From: Octopus vulgaris
Taxonomy: Eukaryota
Length of the DNA: 64,000 nucleotides
Direction: 5' to 3'
NCBI GenBank assembly: GCA_951406725.2
Contig: OX597825.1
Location: 51,646,001 to 51,710,000 of the forward strand
In this document: piece after piece, positions 13,500 to 26,599 of the stretch
Layout: each line of letters opens with the position of its first letter
Numbering within the stretch: the stretch's first letter is position 1
Notes under the pieces: model-generated
Seen by the model: the letters and a program-made list of their open reading frames with translations, nothing else
Told to the model about the DNA's origin: nothing
Databases searched by the model: none
Made by a program: the position numbers and the translations under genes

Positions 13500-15110
13500 A
13501 GCCATAAGCCAAATATAATTAAATACTTGTTAAAATGTGATTAAAAATGAATATCCTATACATGACCATTATATGTATATTTCATCACTGTATTTTATAT
13601 TTCATTCATTACCATTAGTTGAAGATCTCCAGCAATATAGTTATTTCTAGTTCAGTATTCCTGACTATCTCAGAAAATCTGTGGTTTTTATGAGTGCAAA
13701 GTTTTTTCAAATCATGATGAGACTGTCCTTCCACTTCCCTCCGGTGCTGTATTTCTGAAATGTTAAAATATGCTCCACATCAGGATCATTATAAATGAAA
13801 TGAGCTTCCGGATTTGTGGCCATTTGTAGACTATTCTTTGCAAATTTTGCAGTACTCTGAGAATTTGTTTCTTGAATTATGGTAAAACATACTAGTGAAA
13901 ATTTCATTTAACACTTGTTCTGTAAGCAATTCCAGAATATCCTCGACAACACAATGTTTGAGTTTGAAAGTTCTCTTATATCGATATTAATACAATTCAG
14001 AAATACTCTTACAAAAACTACATTCTAGTTTGCATATAAAGTGATTTTCTTCATGTTATCGCATAATATTTTTATATGCATCTTACACATAATTTGTCTT
14101 CAAATTAGATATTATTTCTTGATCTAATGATTTGATAAGTGGTATCACAATGGGTGGTAAGAACAGAATTTGATCATTACAGTATTTTAAATTAGGATGT
14201 GAAGGAGCGTCATTAATTAGTAAAAGCAATAACATTTTTTAAGTAAATGCTTTTCTATTTTCTTAGGCATTAATTTTAGCTTCAGGAACTTGAAAGTTTT
14301 GAGAAAAAAGCAAGTTTTTGAATCTTGAAGCAGCCATCCATGACACTTTTATTTACACATCAATGAACTAAGAGAGTATTTTTATTCAATCCTCTCACTG
14401 CACGTGGATTAAGAGCTCTATTAATTAATAACTGCTTCATGATACTGTCACCTAATGTGCTACTGCATATTAACATGATTTCATACTGAGATGCTTAAAA
14501 TAGCTAACGGGTATTTCTTCCATTTTTGATAGGAAAATTTCCTTTTAACTTTTCTTTCAGAATAATGCGGTTTTCCATCACTAAATCATTATAACGAATA
14601 AGAATTTGTTACAAATGTTTTAGTTAATCCTTCAGCAGTTTCATCTACTGTCATCATGCAATTAGTTAAGCTGAAAGACTTCATTTCTAAAAGTCTTCAA
14701 GCCATTCCTTACTGTCCAAAATTTTGGTCAAGGAATTGCAGTAACGAATAATTAAATATTTCATTTGTGGTTTTATAAATCTTTATTCCTCTTCGTGTAT
14801 AGCAAAACTGTCCACAAGCAATGTTTTGAATTGTTTTTATCTCCATTGTATCAATTGCAGTACAATGTACATACGTGTTTTGGTATTATTGAAGATCCTG
14901 TGATTAAGTTAGATTTGGTTTTTCTCAGTTTCTCTTAATTCGTCAATTCGTATGTATGAAACGGTTTCCCTTTCCTTGTGGAATACTTTCCGTTTTGGAG
15001 TTTATTTAACATCTTAATTTTAATTTCTAAAGAAATTATTTTTCCATTTCTAATTTGACAATTGAAACTCTATATTTCAATCTTCTAAGAAAAGAAAAAT
15101 TAAAACTAAC
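13500..15110 (-). mobile_element. Probable hAT-superfamily transposase relic, highly decayed
   Basis: Minus-strand remnants DETAEGLTKTF and C-terminal ...DPDVEHILTF...WKDSL resemble the hAT ETAE.I motif and the ERIFS dimerisation region. Heavily disrupted. Confidence 0.4.
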
Positions 15111-15234
15111 GTACACAGATTCAATAATGACAAACTGTGTCTGTGTTGTAGTATATACATAGGTAAATGTCCCTTGTATCTAATGCAGTGATTTCAAATT
15201 TTGGAACGTGTCTAGCAGTTTTGGAGGACAAGGT

Positions 15235-15404
15235 AATTCAATTACATCGACCACTGTGCTCAACCGGTGCTTAATTTATCAGAGCTGAAGGAATGAAAGA
15301 CGGAGTCCACGTCGGTGGAGTCTGAACTCAGAGCGCCAAGATGGACGAAATGACACGAAGCATTTTGCTCGGCGTGCTAACAAATCTGACTGTTCGCCGC
15401 CTTA
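15235..15404 (-). mobile_element. tRNA-derived SINE, family 2 (Meta-domain-like), diverged
   Basis: Reverse complement starts AAGGCGGCGA...GTTAGCACGCC...GAGTTCAGA and aligns by eye with 37290-37520. Confidence 0.8.
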
Positions 15405-16098
15405 CATATATCTAACGATTATGCGTTATTAATAATATAACGGAGGGAAACAACCCAGGGCAGTGTTCTGCATATCAAGTACAAATATAGTAACGCACAG
15501 TTTTAGAAACCTTCCATTATTACTTAATATTTTCAATTTTAAACCATACCTGTTTAGTAATTACATAGATAAATTTAAGTAAAAAAAAACAGTTATTGAA
15601 CTAGCTATATAATATATGTGAGACTGTGTGTCTGTACTTCATATGGAGGACACCTCATGAGAGATAATCTCCAAGCCACTTGTTGATATATGTTTTCAGC
15701 CTCAAGACATTCTAGTTTTAGGAAGACTAAAGTGGAGGATTGGTAAAATAATTAAAACGTTAAATAAAATGCTTAATATTTGTTCCGTGCCTTTGTGTTT
15801 TTGATTCAATTCCCACCGAAGACAACTCGCTTTCCTTCTTTTCATAGTCAATAATATAAAGGACTAGTCACGTATTGAACTGATGTATTTTTCTGGTGAG
15901 TTGTGCCCAACTGCATTGGGCTCACATAGAATTGCGGAGCCTTAATCACCACATGAATGTGGTGTGTCGTCGACAGGTGAAGCAATATATGATATCTAAC
16001 ACACTGGCGTCACATCAGTATTGTCTGCCGGTAACAACTTTTACTTCAATTAATACGACATATATACACATACCTTTCATCATTCACGTGCAGGTACT

Positions 16099-16194
<96 letters not shown>

Positions 16195-17049
16195 GAACTC
16201 ATGGGAAAAACATACACAGAGAAACTCATTGCTACCACTTGTCTCATTTAATACGGCTGAAACGTAGCTGCCGGTTTCTTCATTTGACTTTCAACACAAG
16301 ATACACTTTCGTAGGGAATTTATTGAAACTATTTCTCTCACCCGTTTAGTTTTTATTTAACATACCCTTTAAGACATGTTGATTCTTAATTGCATCCATA
16401 ACCTCACTAAATGAAAGTATTTCAACTCACCATATTAGATTTGTTACACCCTTCTGTATGGATATTTAGCTCGCTTAAATGTCTTTTGAGGTACTCTCCC
16501 AGCCATGTAGCGATTTATGTATCTTAACTTCAAAGTGGCATATCATAAATTAAGAGTGGCAGAGTTGTGTAAGTCTGGGAGAAATGCATCAAACTTGTAC
16601 ATTAAATGCTAAAACATTTAACTGACTCAATTTTGCTTGAATGAACAAGAAGCAATAAGTACCGAGATTTAAGCAAAATTTGTTTAACGCATTTACATTA
16701 TGTTCCTTATTACTCATCCTACTATGTATAAAATTCAAAAAAGAAATTACGTAAGTGGTAAAAATTAAGTAATGTAAACGGTAAATTTTGTTTAAATTTT
16801 CGGTAGTTATTGCCTCTTGCAAAGTTAAACAGAAATATAAATCTCATATTTCTTGCTATTTCTCAAATAAATTTCGAAGAATTTCGATAACATTTAAGTG
16901 ATATGATGTTAAAAGTAGGTTTCCTAATAATTTTTGTTTAAACATACACGCTCATGCATGTGAAATAATCATAGATTTCACATTACAACTAATTTGACCG
17001 TAATTTCAAAATGAATAATCCATAAGTCGAGGGACAACTGCATATATTA

Positions 17050-18207
17050 TCAGGTCATTAAGAATGAAATGCCCGATTTTCTTATGCACCAAATTTGAGA
17101 GTCGCTAGCTCTGAAGTTTTATCCTGACAATTTTTTATTTTACTACATTGAAGAGTTACATCATCACTTTTTGAAATGCTATTCATGATGTCCCACTATA
17201 TTGTGAGTTTTGTCTTGTAAATCAACTTTTGTGAACCCACGGATAGACAAAAAATTCTTGTTGTTTATGAATATGAATGCTGTTGTGGACACAATGCATC
17301 CCAGACAGCGCGAAATATCAATGAGGTGTTTGGTGAAGATGTGGCGAATGAGCACACTGTACACGGTGGTTTGAGAAATTCCGTTCTGGTGACTTTACTT
17401 TTGAAAATCAGGCCAGTGGCAGACCTGAGAGCACGGTGTATAATGATGAGCTAGAAATGTAGTAGAAGCGGATACTACGCGTGAGTTAGCAGCAAGGTTT
17501 GACATTACGATTCCAATTGTATTGGATCTTCTGAAACAAATCGGCAAGTTAAAGACACTGGACAAGTGGGTACCACACGAACTGAACGAGCATCAAATGA
17601 TATGCCGTCTTGAAACTTGCTGTTCTTTGCTGTCACGACATATAAGCGAACCATTTTGACATCGTATTGTTACGTGTAATGAACAATGGATTCTTTTCAA
17701 CAATAGCAGGAGTTCTGCACGGTGGTTGGATAGAGACGAAGTGCCAAAACACAATACAAAGGTGAATATTCACCAAAACATGCTAATGGTGTCTCTTTGG
17801 TGGTTCTGTGCTGGTGTCATCCATTACAACTTTGTGAGACTTGGTAAGTAAATTGCAGCCGATGTATACATTGGATGAAATGATGAGTGAACAATAGACA
17901 CAGGCTAATTCTCTTGCAACACAACACTCGACCACATATTGCACAAAAATCGCTACTCAAGTTACAGGAACTGAACTTGGAAGTACTTTGTCATCCAACA
18001 TATTCACCAGACCTTGTACCAACTGACTATCATACTTTCTAGGCATTAGCCAACTTTTTGCAAAGAAAAAACTTCAAATCTGAAGATGCAAAAACAGCCT
18101 TCCGTGATTTCCTCACCTCTTGCTTCATTAACGGCGTTGCTTTTTATTGAGATAAAGTATGATGAACTTTTAGTTCAAAACCGAACATTTCATTCTAAAT
18201 GACGTGA
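17050..18207 (+). mobile_element. Mariner transposon, near full length, pseudogenised, with both TIRs and TA TSD
   Basis: TA|TCAGGTCATTAAGAATGAAATG ... CATTTCATTCTAAATGACGTGA|TA. Peptides WFEKFRSGD, DKWVPHELN, RIVTCNEQWI, HPTYSPDLVPTDYH. Confidence 0.9.
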
Positions 18208-19736
18208 TATATATGTGTGTATGTATGTATTTATATATGTTTGTGTATATATATATATATATATATATATTGCGATTATCAAAAGAACAGACGCCTTACA
18301 ATCTGTATTGTCAACTGCTGTGTTAGCATTAAGAACGATATTTTGAAATACTTGTAGACGTGGTAAAGGACGGCTCAAGGGTGCTCCGATTATTGATTAG
18401 CTGAAAAGGACCTGCCATTTTTCAGTTAGAGGAAGCACGATTTGAATTCAGGACGGAAAGAAATGAAACAGATGTTGCAAAGTATCTTGTCTAACAATCC
18501 CACAATAATGATACTTGATCTCTTGTCTTCAGAATGATAAAAATAAAGATGACTTAGGCAAGATTTAACCTCAGTGTGCAGAGAGCTATGAAAGGTAGCG
18601 TTATCTTACTCGATGTTCTAACAACCCAGCTACTGATGCCAATGCTTTGATATGTGCCATTATGCATCCACTATTAAAACACACAGTTAATCACAAATAC
18701 ACAGACACACAAACACGCGCACATACATACATACATACATACATACATACATACATACATACATACATACATACATACATACATACATACATACATACAT
18801 GCACATACACACATGAACATAATTATAGCTGAAAATTCCATTTGAAACTAAGGAAATCACGATTAGGATACCCAATAAATGAAGTAGAGGGAAAACTAAC
18901 GTATTAAATAAGTACCGAGGGAGTTTATCAAAGAGTGAGAAGTCTGCAGCAATGCAACAACCCTAGACTCATTTATCAACATATGATATATATTGTACAT
19001 ATAACCATTACAGTATGGAGTCAGTGAAAGTCTGATGTTCAGATAAACTCTTCCGAGTATTCGTACACAATCGGATCAAACCTATTGGAGCACTAGTCTT
19101 AGATAATTAGAAATATATCAATTCCTTCTTAACAACTCCGTGTATTCAAAATCCGGTGACCCTACTTCCGACCCACACTTGTTACCTATTGCGTAAAATG
19201 TTCGATGACTGTGTGTGTTTATGTGCTTGTTTGTGCGTGCGCATATGCATGTACGTGTGCTGCTTGGAATGTAGGAATCATGGGAGATAATAATATATGA
19301 AATATAAAACCCATACAGAGTTTATGAAAACATCTTTAGTGATTTTAGGTACTTGATAAATTATGAAGTACCACGAATGATACTTTAATAAAATAGGATA
19401 TGAAATATAATATCCTCGTGAATATATAGGATACTTGCTGATCGGAACACTTAATAAGTGACAATTATATAAGCACAATAGACAAGTGGAAAACGTAATC
19501 CGCGAACAAATACTGAATTAAGAAAATGAGGATCTTTAGGCAAACATGATCTGAGAAAGAATATACATATGAAGATCAGTTAAGCCAGGGAAGTAAAAAT
19601 TGAACATTCTTTGAATTTAGCAAATAAGACGAAGAAAACCACAAATGAAATCATAGATAACAAAGGCTGAAGAAAACAATGCAACATGCAACTCATGTAA
19701 ACAATCGACATAAACAAAAGAATAATCGCGCTCTTC

Positions 19737-19775
19737 TAGAGATACCCGGCGTTGCTCCGGATTAAAGCGGCATAC
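19737..19775 (-). mobile_element. Helitron 3'-terminal fragment, same family as 42206-42406
   Basis: CTAGAGATACCCGGCGTTGCTCCGGATTAAAGCGGCATA matches 42206-42247. Confidence 0.6.
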
Positions 19776-19930
19776 TTATTTATTCTTTTATTCTTTTACT
19801 GGAGCACCACCTTTAGTTGAACGAATTGACCCCAGGATTTATTCTTTATAAGCGTAGTACTTATTCTATCGGTCTCTTTTACCGAACTAATAAGTTACGG
19901 AGTCGCAAACACACCAACATCGTTTGTGAA
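19776..19930 (-). mobile_element. SINE family 1, 3' fragment
   Basis: GGAGCACCACCTTTAGT...TAGTACTTATTCTATCGGTCTCTTT matches the SINE 3' part. Confidence 0.8.
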
Positions 19931-20850
19931 ATTTGAGTATATTTTCGCTCTTTTCAAGCATATGGTGATGGGATGCCAAGTAAGAAACGTGAGCATTTTC
20001 AACACCTACTTCTCAAAGCTGTCAAAGTCTCTCAAGACACTTTTTCTCTGCACGAAGAAGGCATTGTTATTAAATGAACTTCAAAGAAATAGTTTCTAGC
20101 TTCATGGAGGAGTAATTCGATTGCACAGACTCGTAGGAACTCACCTATGAAGATCTGCACTAATCCATTCGGGAATTTGCCCTAGCGATGAAATACACTC
20201 ATGATATCGTCGCCCATCACCTTTACTTGGAGGGTGAGGCCTAAAATCTTTGAGCACACACGTTCTGAACAAATGCAAGAAACACAATCGCTACAGGCTT
20301 ACTCGTGGACTCAAACAGCGGTTCTCGCATCGACAACGACAATGAAAATTCGTGTCTTTACATCAATATGTAGGAAAGAATGGCCGACTGCCAAGAAAGA
20401 AGCAACAACTTAAACCGAGCTAGTGTGTATCCATGCAAGACGTTCAGCAAATATTTCGTCTCATTGCGGCACCTCAGCTGAAATGATCCAACCTGGGACA
20501 CAGCATACTCCTTCAACACAACAATGCTTGCCTTCAATTCGACAAAAAATACTATTCAAGAGTTCGGTTGGGAGGCTCCACTTTATTCTCTTGATATAGC
20601 GCCTTCAGATTATTAGCATTTTTGGTTGTTCTTTAACCGATTGCGAGGCGTTTCGTTCAACTATGATGAGCTGAAAACGAGGCTCAATTAATTCTTCCAG
20701 GCAAGGCTCTGTGATTTCTATGTCAAAACATTCACAAGTAAGTGAAATGTTGGCAAAGAGTTATCACCTGATTTGCTAAAACTGTTGGTAAAAGAATAGT
20801 GTTCAAACTAAATCGAAACTAACAGACAAATTTATCTGACAACTCACTGA
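19930..20850 (+). mobile_element. Highly decayed mariner transposase relic
   Basis: LYSLDIAPSDY remnant of the YSPDLAPSD motif near 20580-20615; upstream sequence is mariner-like. Confidence 0.6.
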
Positions 20851-20899
20851 AAATAATTTGCATGCGTATGCATATTTCAATACACACCGTAGATATATT

Positions 20900-21520
20900 T
20901 GTAGTTATAATGAAATGTTTCAAATTCAAAGATACCCTTTCAAATTTGTCTTCATCCTTGCTAGTTTCAAATTAAAAGTATAAATAGTCTGGAGTGGTCT
21001 ACCAATATATTTATTTTTGTCGATGCAATTTAACGATTGTAAAGAATTTAGATGTCTTCTCATAGCAGGCTGCTGTATAAGTTCTATGTACCTATTAACA
21101 GGTAGGTCGATGGCGCCAACAATAGTTTTATGTATTGGCCATAAATGCAGTAGAGTGCTGATAATGGGAAACGAACCCATAAGCCTTCGATCAATTGTCT
21201 GATACGCTTATGGACTAGACTTTCTGATTGAACTTCCATAAGTCTATTTAAGGTGTTAATCTAGAATACAATATATTAGAATGGGATACCTTTTTTATGA
21301 TATAGAGAAGTGAGATAGCTTCATTGAAGTTTGTCTTTAGAGAACTGATACGCTCAATAGAAAAAGATGAAAGAGATAAAACATTGAGATAGATAAGCAA
21401 TAAATGAAAGTATTTTAGTATTTCCACAACATTTACAATTGACTTAAGCAGTTTAATAACAGAGCTATTGTTAAGGAAGAACGTACAATAGGGTTAGAAC
21501 ATTATCTTTGAATCTAATAT
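20900..21520 (-). mobile_element. Decayed LINE RT C-terminal fragment (CR1/L2-like)
   Basis: Peptide IELIQQPAMRRHL...L resembles the post-RT motif LERVQRRATR. Confidence 0.4.
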
Positions 21521-21825
21521 CTTAGTGGAGGTGGTAGAACGGAGGACAAAATACCTTGCGCTATATAGCTACGTTTTTCTCAATTCGCAATACAAATTCT
21601 GAGTTCAAATACCGCTATGAACTATTCTTATAAAGTGTCTAACAAACACCTCCAATTAATTCCCTCTTTATGTTTAAGAGAAAAATTATTTTCAGTGGTC
21701 ATGTTTTCATTACATGCATCCTCGTGTATAGGAAATGTTTTGACTTTTTCTATAATGATGAAAGAATCCTATGTATACAATGACTATAAAGCTATTTGCA
21801 GACGAATGGGTGAATGCGTGGATAT

Positions 21826-21900
<75 letters not shown>

Positions 21901-21903
21901 TAG

Positions 21904-21937
<34 letters not shown>

Positions 21938-21950
21938 GGATGGATGGATG

Positions 21951-21993
<43 letters not shown>

Positions 21994-22089
21994 GGATGGA
22001 TGGATGGATGGATGGATTGATGGATTTGGATAAATGGAGATATATATGCGCGCGTGTGTGTATGCATATACAGTAACTTGTAGTGTTCT

Positions 22090-22739
22090 AGTGGCGCATT
22101 ATTCAGAATGTTGTGTATGCGTTGTAGAATTCCTTGTTATATACATGTTGTGCCTAGCAGTGCTATTTTCGTATTATACCTATTTGTAAGTTGCTGATTT
22201 TTGGTTATGTTTACGTATGCTTTTAATAATACTTGATGCAGCTATTATTATACGGTGTGTTGAAATTGACAACTTGTCTTGCATTTTTTTCTGGCTCTTT
22301 ATGCGAGTTCAATTTTCTTTGAGATCAACTTTATTTTTTATTCCTCCAGGGTCAGGACGATGGAGTACTAATCACATAATTAAAGCTCTTTACTCTAAAT
22401 TGATGGTTTTCTGTCTAACTCAGATATTATGATAATTATTATCGCGATTATCTCTAGTTCTGGTGTTATTCGGAGTTATCCACGCCATATCTCAGCTTTT
22501 ATCTGTAGCTTGAAGTCAGGCGTCTACTTTCGATGATGTCTCGTTTCAGTTTCCCATGCCAGGGTTTTGTGTGCTTTGAGATGTTTCCAAATGCATGAAT
22601 AACACACTTGACGCTTTATGAACACGATTCAATTCAAATGCCAGGTCTTGATACGTTACTGCTACCTCATTCATTTTCTGCAAAATGATCTTACCTGCTG
22701 GTACCATTATGACAACGAATATCCATTATTATTATTATA

Positions 22740-22811
<72 letters not shown>

Positions 22812-24440
22812 TAGTCTTATTTCTATTATGTGCTTTCACTTGCACTATCGAGAGCAATTCTGTGCCTTAGGTATGTGTTGTGGTTTGTTGTGATGCTCTT
22901 ATTTTTACTGTATTGAAAGTGTTTTACGTAGGATATGTGCAGTACATAGTAGCGCTATTTTCCGTATGTTATATATACTTTTTAGTCCTGGTGTTTTTGT
23001 TATGTATTTGTCTGAATACTTTATATCATACCTCATGCGCCTACTATGATAGAAAAGTTTCCGGTTTTTAGACTCCATGTCCGAGTTACCTTTATTTCAG
23101 GTCTTTGTATCTTGATACATCGATTAGAAAGCATTTTTTTTTTGTGATCTACGACAACTATAACCGGCCTATTGGCCCTAATTTAGCTATATGCGTATAA
23201 ACCTCCATTCAGCTGTAATTGCCAGGTTCTATTCCTATCGATCTAATCTTTATTTTTCAAGAACTGACTGTGCATGTTTTTGTGCAGCCAAATTTTCTTT
23301 ATCTGCACTTTCTGGTCTTTCTTAAATTGTGTTGGATATACGGCTTCGTTCACTTTTAAGGTTCCCTGCATTTTCACTGCTTCAATCATTTCTTCTTTAC
23401 TCTCCTTGATATACCAAGCCAGGTTATTCTTCTCTTCTCTTACACAACCTTCATAACTCACTAATATCCACCTTCCTTTCCTCTTTACACAAAATCTTGA
23501 CACATCACGCTTGGGGTGTATTTCCTTACTCATAGTCATTAAGTTATCTCTTGTAATTCAGGCTTCTTCCAAGATACTATTCCTTCCTCATATCGCATCA
23601 AAGTTTTGTATTAACTTCAGGAATATTGTTGGAGACCTTAAGCAGTTTAAGGCATTTAATAATCCACGACTGTGGGATCATGTCATATGCTTTCCTGTAG
23701 TCCACCTATGCCATCGCCAAACTTTTGTGTCTCTTCTTGAAATCAGCCAGGATAGTCATATCGATTAGTAATTGATGTTGTGTTCCTCTGCTCTTACGTC
23801 TACGCCTTTTTTGTTCCACTGGTAGCAGAACGTTCTCATCTAGGTACTTATAGATGCTGTTTGATATGATGCCCGTCATCAGTTTTCACATCAGTGGCAA
23901 ACGAGATATTAGTCGGAAATTTCCAACCGCATTCCCTTTACATGGGTCTTTCTGGCATAGTACCGTTCTTCCTTTTGTCATCTAGGCCGGTTCTTGGATA
24001 TCACTACTCAATATTTCGTTCATCTGTCTCGCCATTGTCCTGTGCTGAGTTGTCAACTTTTTAAGCCAAAAGCCTTGAACTTCATCTGGTCCAGGTGCTT
24101 TCCAGTTAGAAATATTCTTGCACTGATCTCTAATAATCTCTTCGGTTATTTTCAGATCCTCCTGCTGATACTCTCCACTATCCTTTGAGTGTCTTTAATC
24201 ACTCATCTTCAGTTTTGTGCTGTTTCTCCTGAGACCATATGGTTCACCAAAATATTTTGCTTTCTGCGGCATCTGACACGACATTTTCGCCTTTTTCTTT
24301 CCCATCCAGTTCGTGACAAACTCGTTTCTGATTTTGTACTAAAAGTCTGTTTAATCTGTACTGCTCAATTCTATGTTTATATCTCTTCAGTTTATGCGCT
24401 TTAGCTTTCAGCTTCTGTTTTAATTTTTCAGTCACAATAT
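22090..24440 (-). mobile_element. Stack of R4/Dong-clade (RLE-type) non-LTR retrotransposon fragments associated with (ATT)n
   Basis: 22809-23040 is the reverse complement of the 3' end at 61972-62191. Peptides HPKRDVSRFCVKRKGR...EEKNNLAWYI and LKQKLKAKAHKLKRYKHRIEQYRLNRL. (ATT)n at 22725-22808 and an ACT/ATT tract at 24443-24616. Confidence 0.8.
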
Positions 24441-24444
24441 TGAT

Positions 24445-24481
<37 letters not shown>

Positions 24482-24558
24482 GCTACTGCTACTGCTGCTG
24501 CTGCTGCTGCCATTACTACTACTACTACAATTATTATTATTACTATTATTACTATTAC

Positions 24559-24616
<58 letters not shown>

Positions 24617-24618
<2 letters not shown>

Positions 24619-25410
24619 GACGACGACGAGCTGGTAGAATCGATAGCATATCACGCAAAATGCTTAACGGCATTTCCTCGGTCTTTACGTTCGGAATTCA
24701 AATGCCGCTGAAATCGACTTTCATTCCCGTTCTTTCGGGTGTCAATAACATAAATATTATCTGTCAACTGGATTCGATGTAATCGGCTTATCCCATCCAC
24801 AGAACCTGCTGTCCTTGTGCCAAAAGTTTGAAACCACAATTATCATTATTATTAAGGCGGTGTGCCGTCAGAATTGTTAGCATGACGGACAAAATGCTTA
24901 GCAGTATTTTGTCCATCTTTTCATTCTGATTTCTAATTCCATCGTAAATGACTTTGCTTTTCATTCTTTCGGGGTCGATGAAATAGGTATCAGTTGAGCA
25001 CATAGGCCGATATAATCGACTTCCCTGACCCTCAGATTTGCTAATATTGTGCCTATGGTAGATATTATTATCCATGATTTCAAAGCAGTGAGCTAGCAGA
25101 TTCCTTCCCACACTGAAGAAAATGCCGCAAAGAGATATGAACAGAGAATTGAGCAGTACAGATTAAACAGACTTTTAGAACAAAATTAGATACGAGTCTG
25201 TAACGAACTGGATGGGAAAGAAAAAGGCGAAAATGTCGTGCCAGATGCTGGTCTTTATGTTTAAAATTTAAAAATTCCCGAGGTCAAGTTAACGTTTCCT
25301 CCTTTCGGGATCGATAAATTATAAACCAGTTGAACGGTGGAGACGATGTTTTCGACTACACATCTCCCGTTAAAATCTCAGACCTTATGTCTATAATAGA
25401 AAAAATGTGT
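24617..25410 (+). mobile_element. Three tandem diverged SINE family 2 copies (about 24617-24840, 24853-25070, 25083-25410)
   Basis: Each has GAGCTGG/TAGAAT...AAAATGC and CTTTCGGG(G)TCGAT motifs. The third is interrupted by an inverted R4 fragment. Confidence 0.75.
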
Positions 25411-26448
25411 ATCCATGGTTTAGACTGTATTATCAAGATGCACTAGCTTATTATTAAATATCTATAGTTATCTTAAGAATAAATTTGATAATGTCTTTAT
25501 TGAAATGGCTGCCTATACCTTCTTTCGTGTCAGTTACAAGTGGGCATAGACATTTGATATTTGACCTCAAAAGCGAGAGGATTATATTCCTTAGCTTTTC
25601 AGATCTTTCTACATACAACAACATCGTCATTTCGCATTTATATAAATAACAAATACGCTAGTATTATTATGTCATGAGGGTGTTAACATAATTTCATGGA
25701 TTCTGTCTGTTTTATTACCAGATAATTGCTGGTTTCTTTGTATGCTAAAAATTACATTTTCAAACTACCATTATCTATGACGCGTTTATATAGGCTTTTG
25801 TTGTACTAGATCACTGTTCCTTGATACAATTAAAACTTGGAGGCATGGTGTATGTTGAACAGCTTTGTTATATTATTGTATGCTCAAGTCAATTTTGTAG
25901 ATGACGTTGGGCATCCGCAGTGGTGTGTATAATGTGCAGCACAAAAATTTATGGGAACAGGGATTTTTGAAATACCTTTTGATTTTAAGAAATGTCTATG
26001 AATGACCTGCAAGAATTTAACAAAAACTTAACTTACAGATTGATTGTTTAATTAGGTCTTTTGGAATACTGAGGTCATTGGTGATGAATTTATCTCGTAA
26101 AAGATTTCATCAGGAAAATTCAAAATATATTCATAATGTTAAAGTTCTAGATTAGAGCAGCAGCATGTTTGTTTATTAGTCTCACTGCTTCATTCCCACA
26201 GCGAGGAAGTTTCATAATGACACCTGATACAGGTATGTATCGGGAGTACTTATGCCGGGGATATCATCACTGTAATCATGTGTATGTTTTACGTGCAATG
26301 TTTAATCATGTTCAGAAAGTTTAACCCGTATTAGTGTTAGAATATTTTGTGTACACTCATACAAACGCGCAAATAGGTACGCATAACACATGCACTGACA
26401 TACGTATCTGTAAATATTTACACAAACACACACACATATATATATATG

Positions 26449-26531
<83 letters not shown>

Positions 26532-26599
26532 TCTTTTTTCTTTTATTCTTATATTCGTTTCAGCTATGCAGCTGCGGTCATGCTGGGACACCACCGTAG

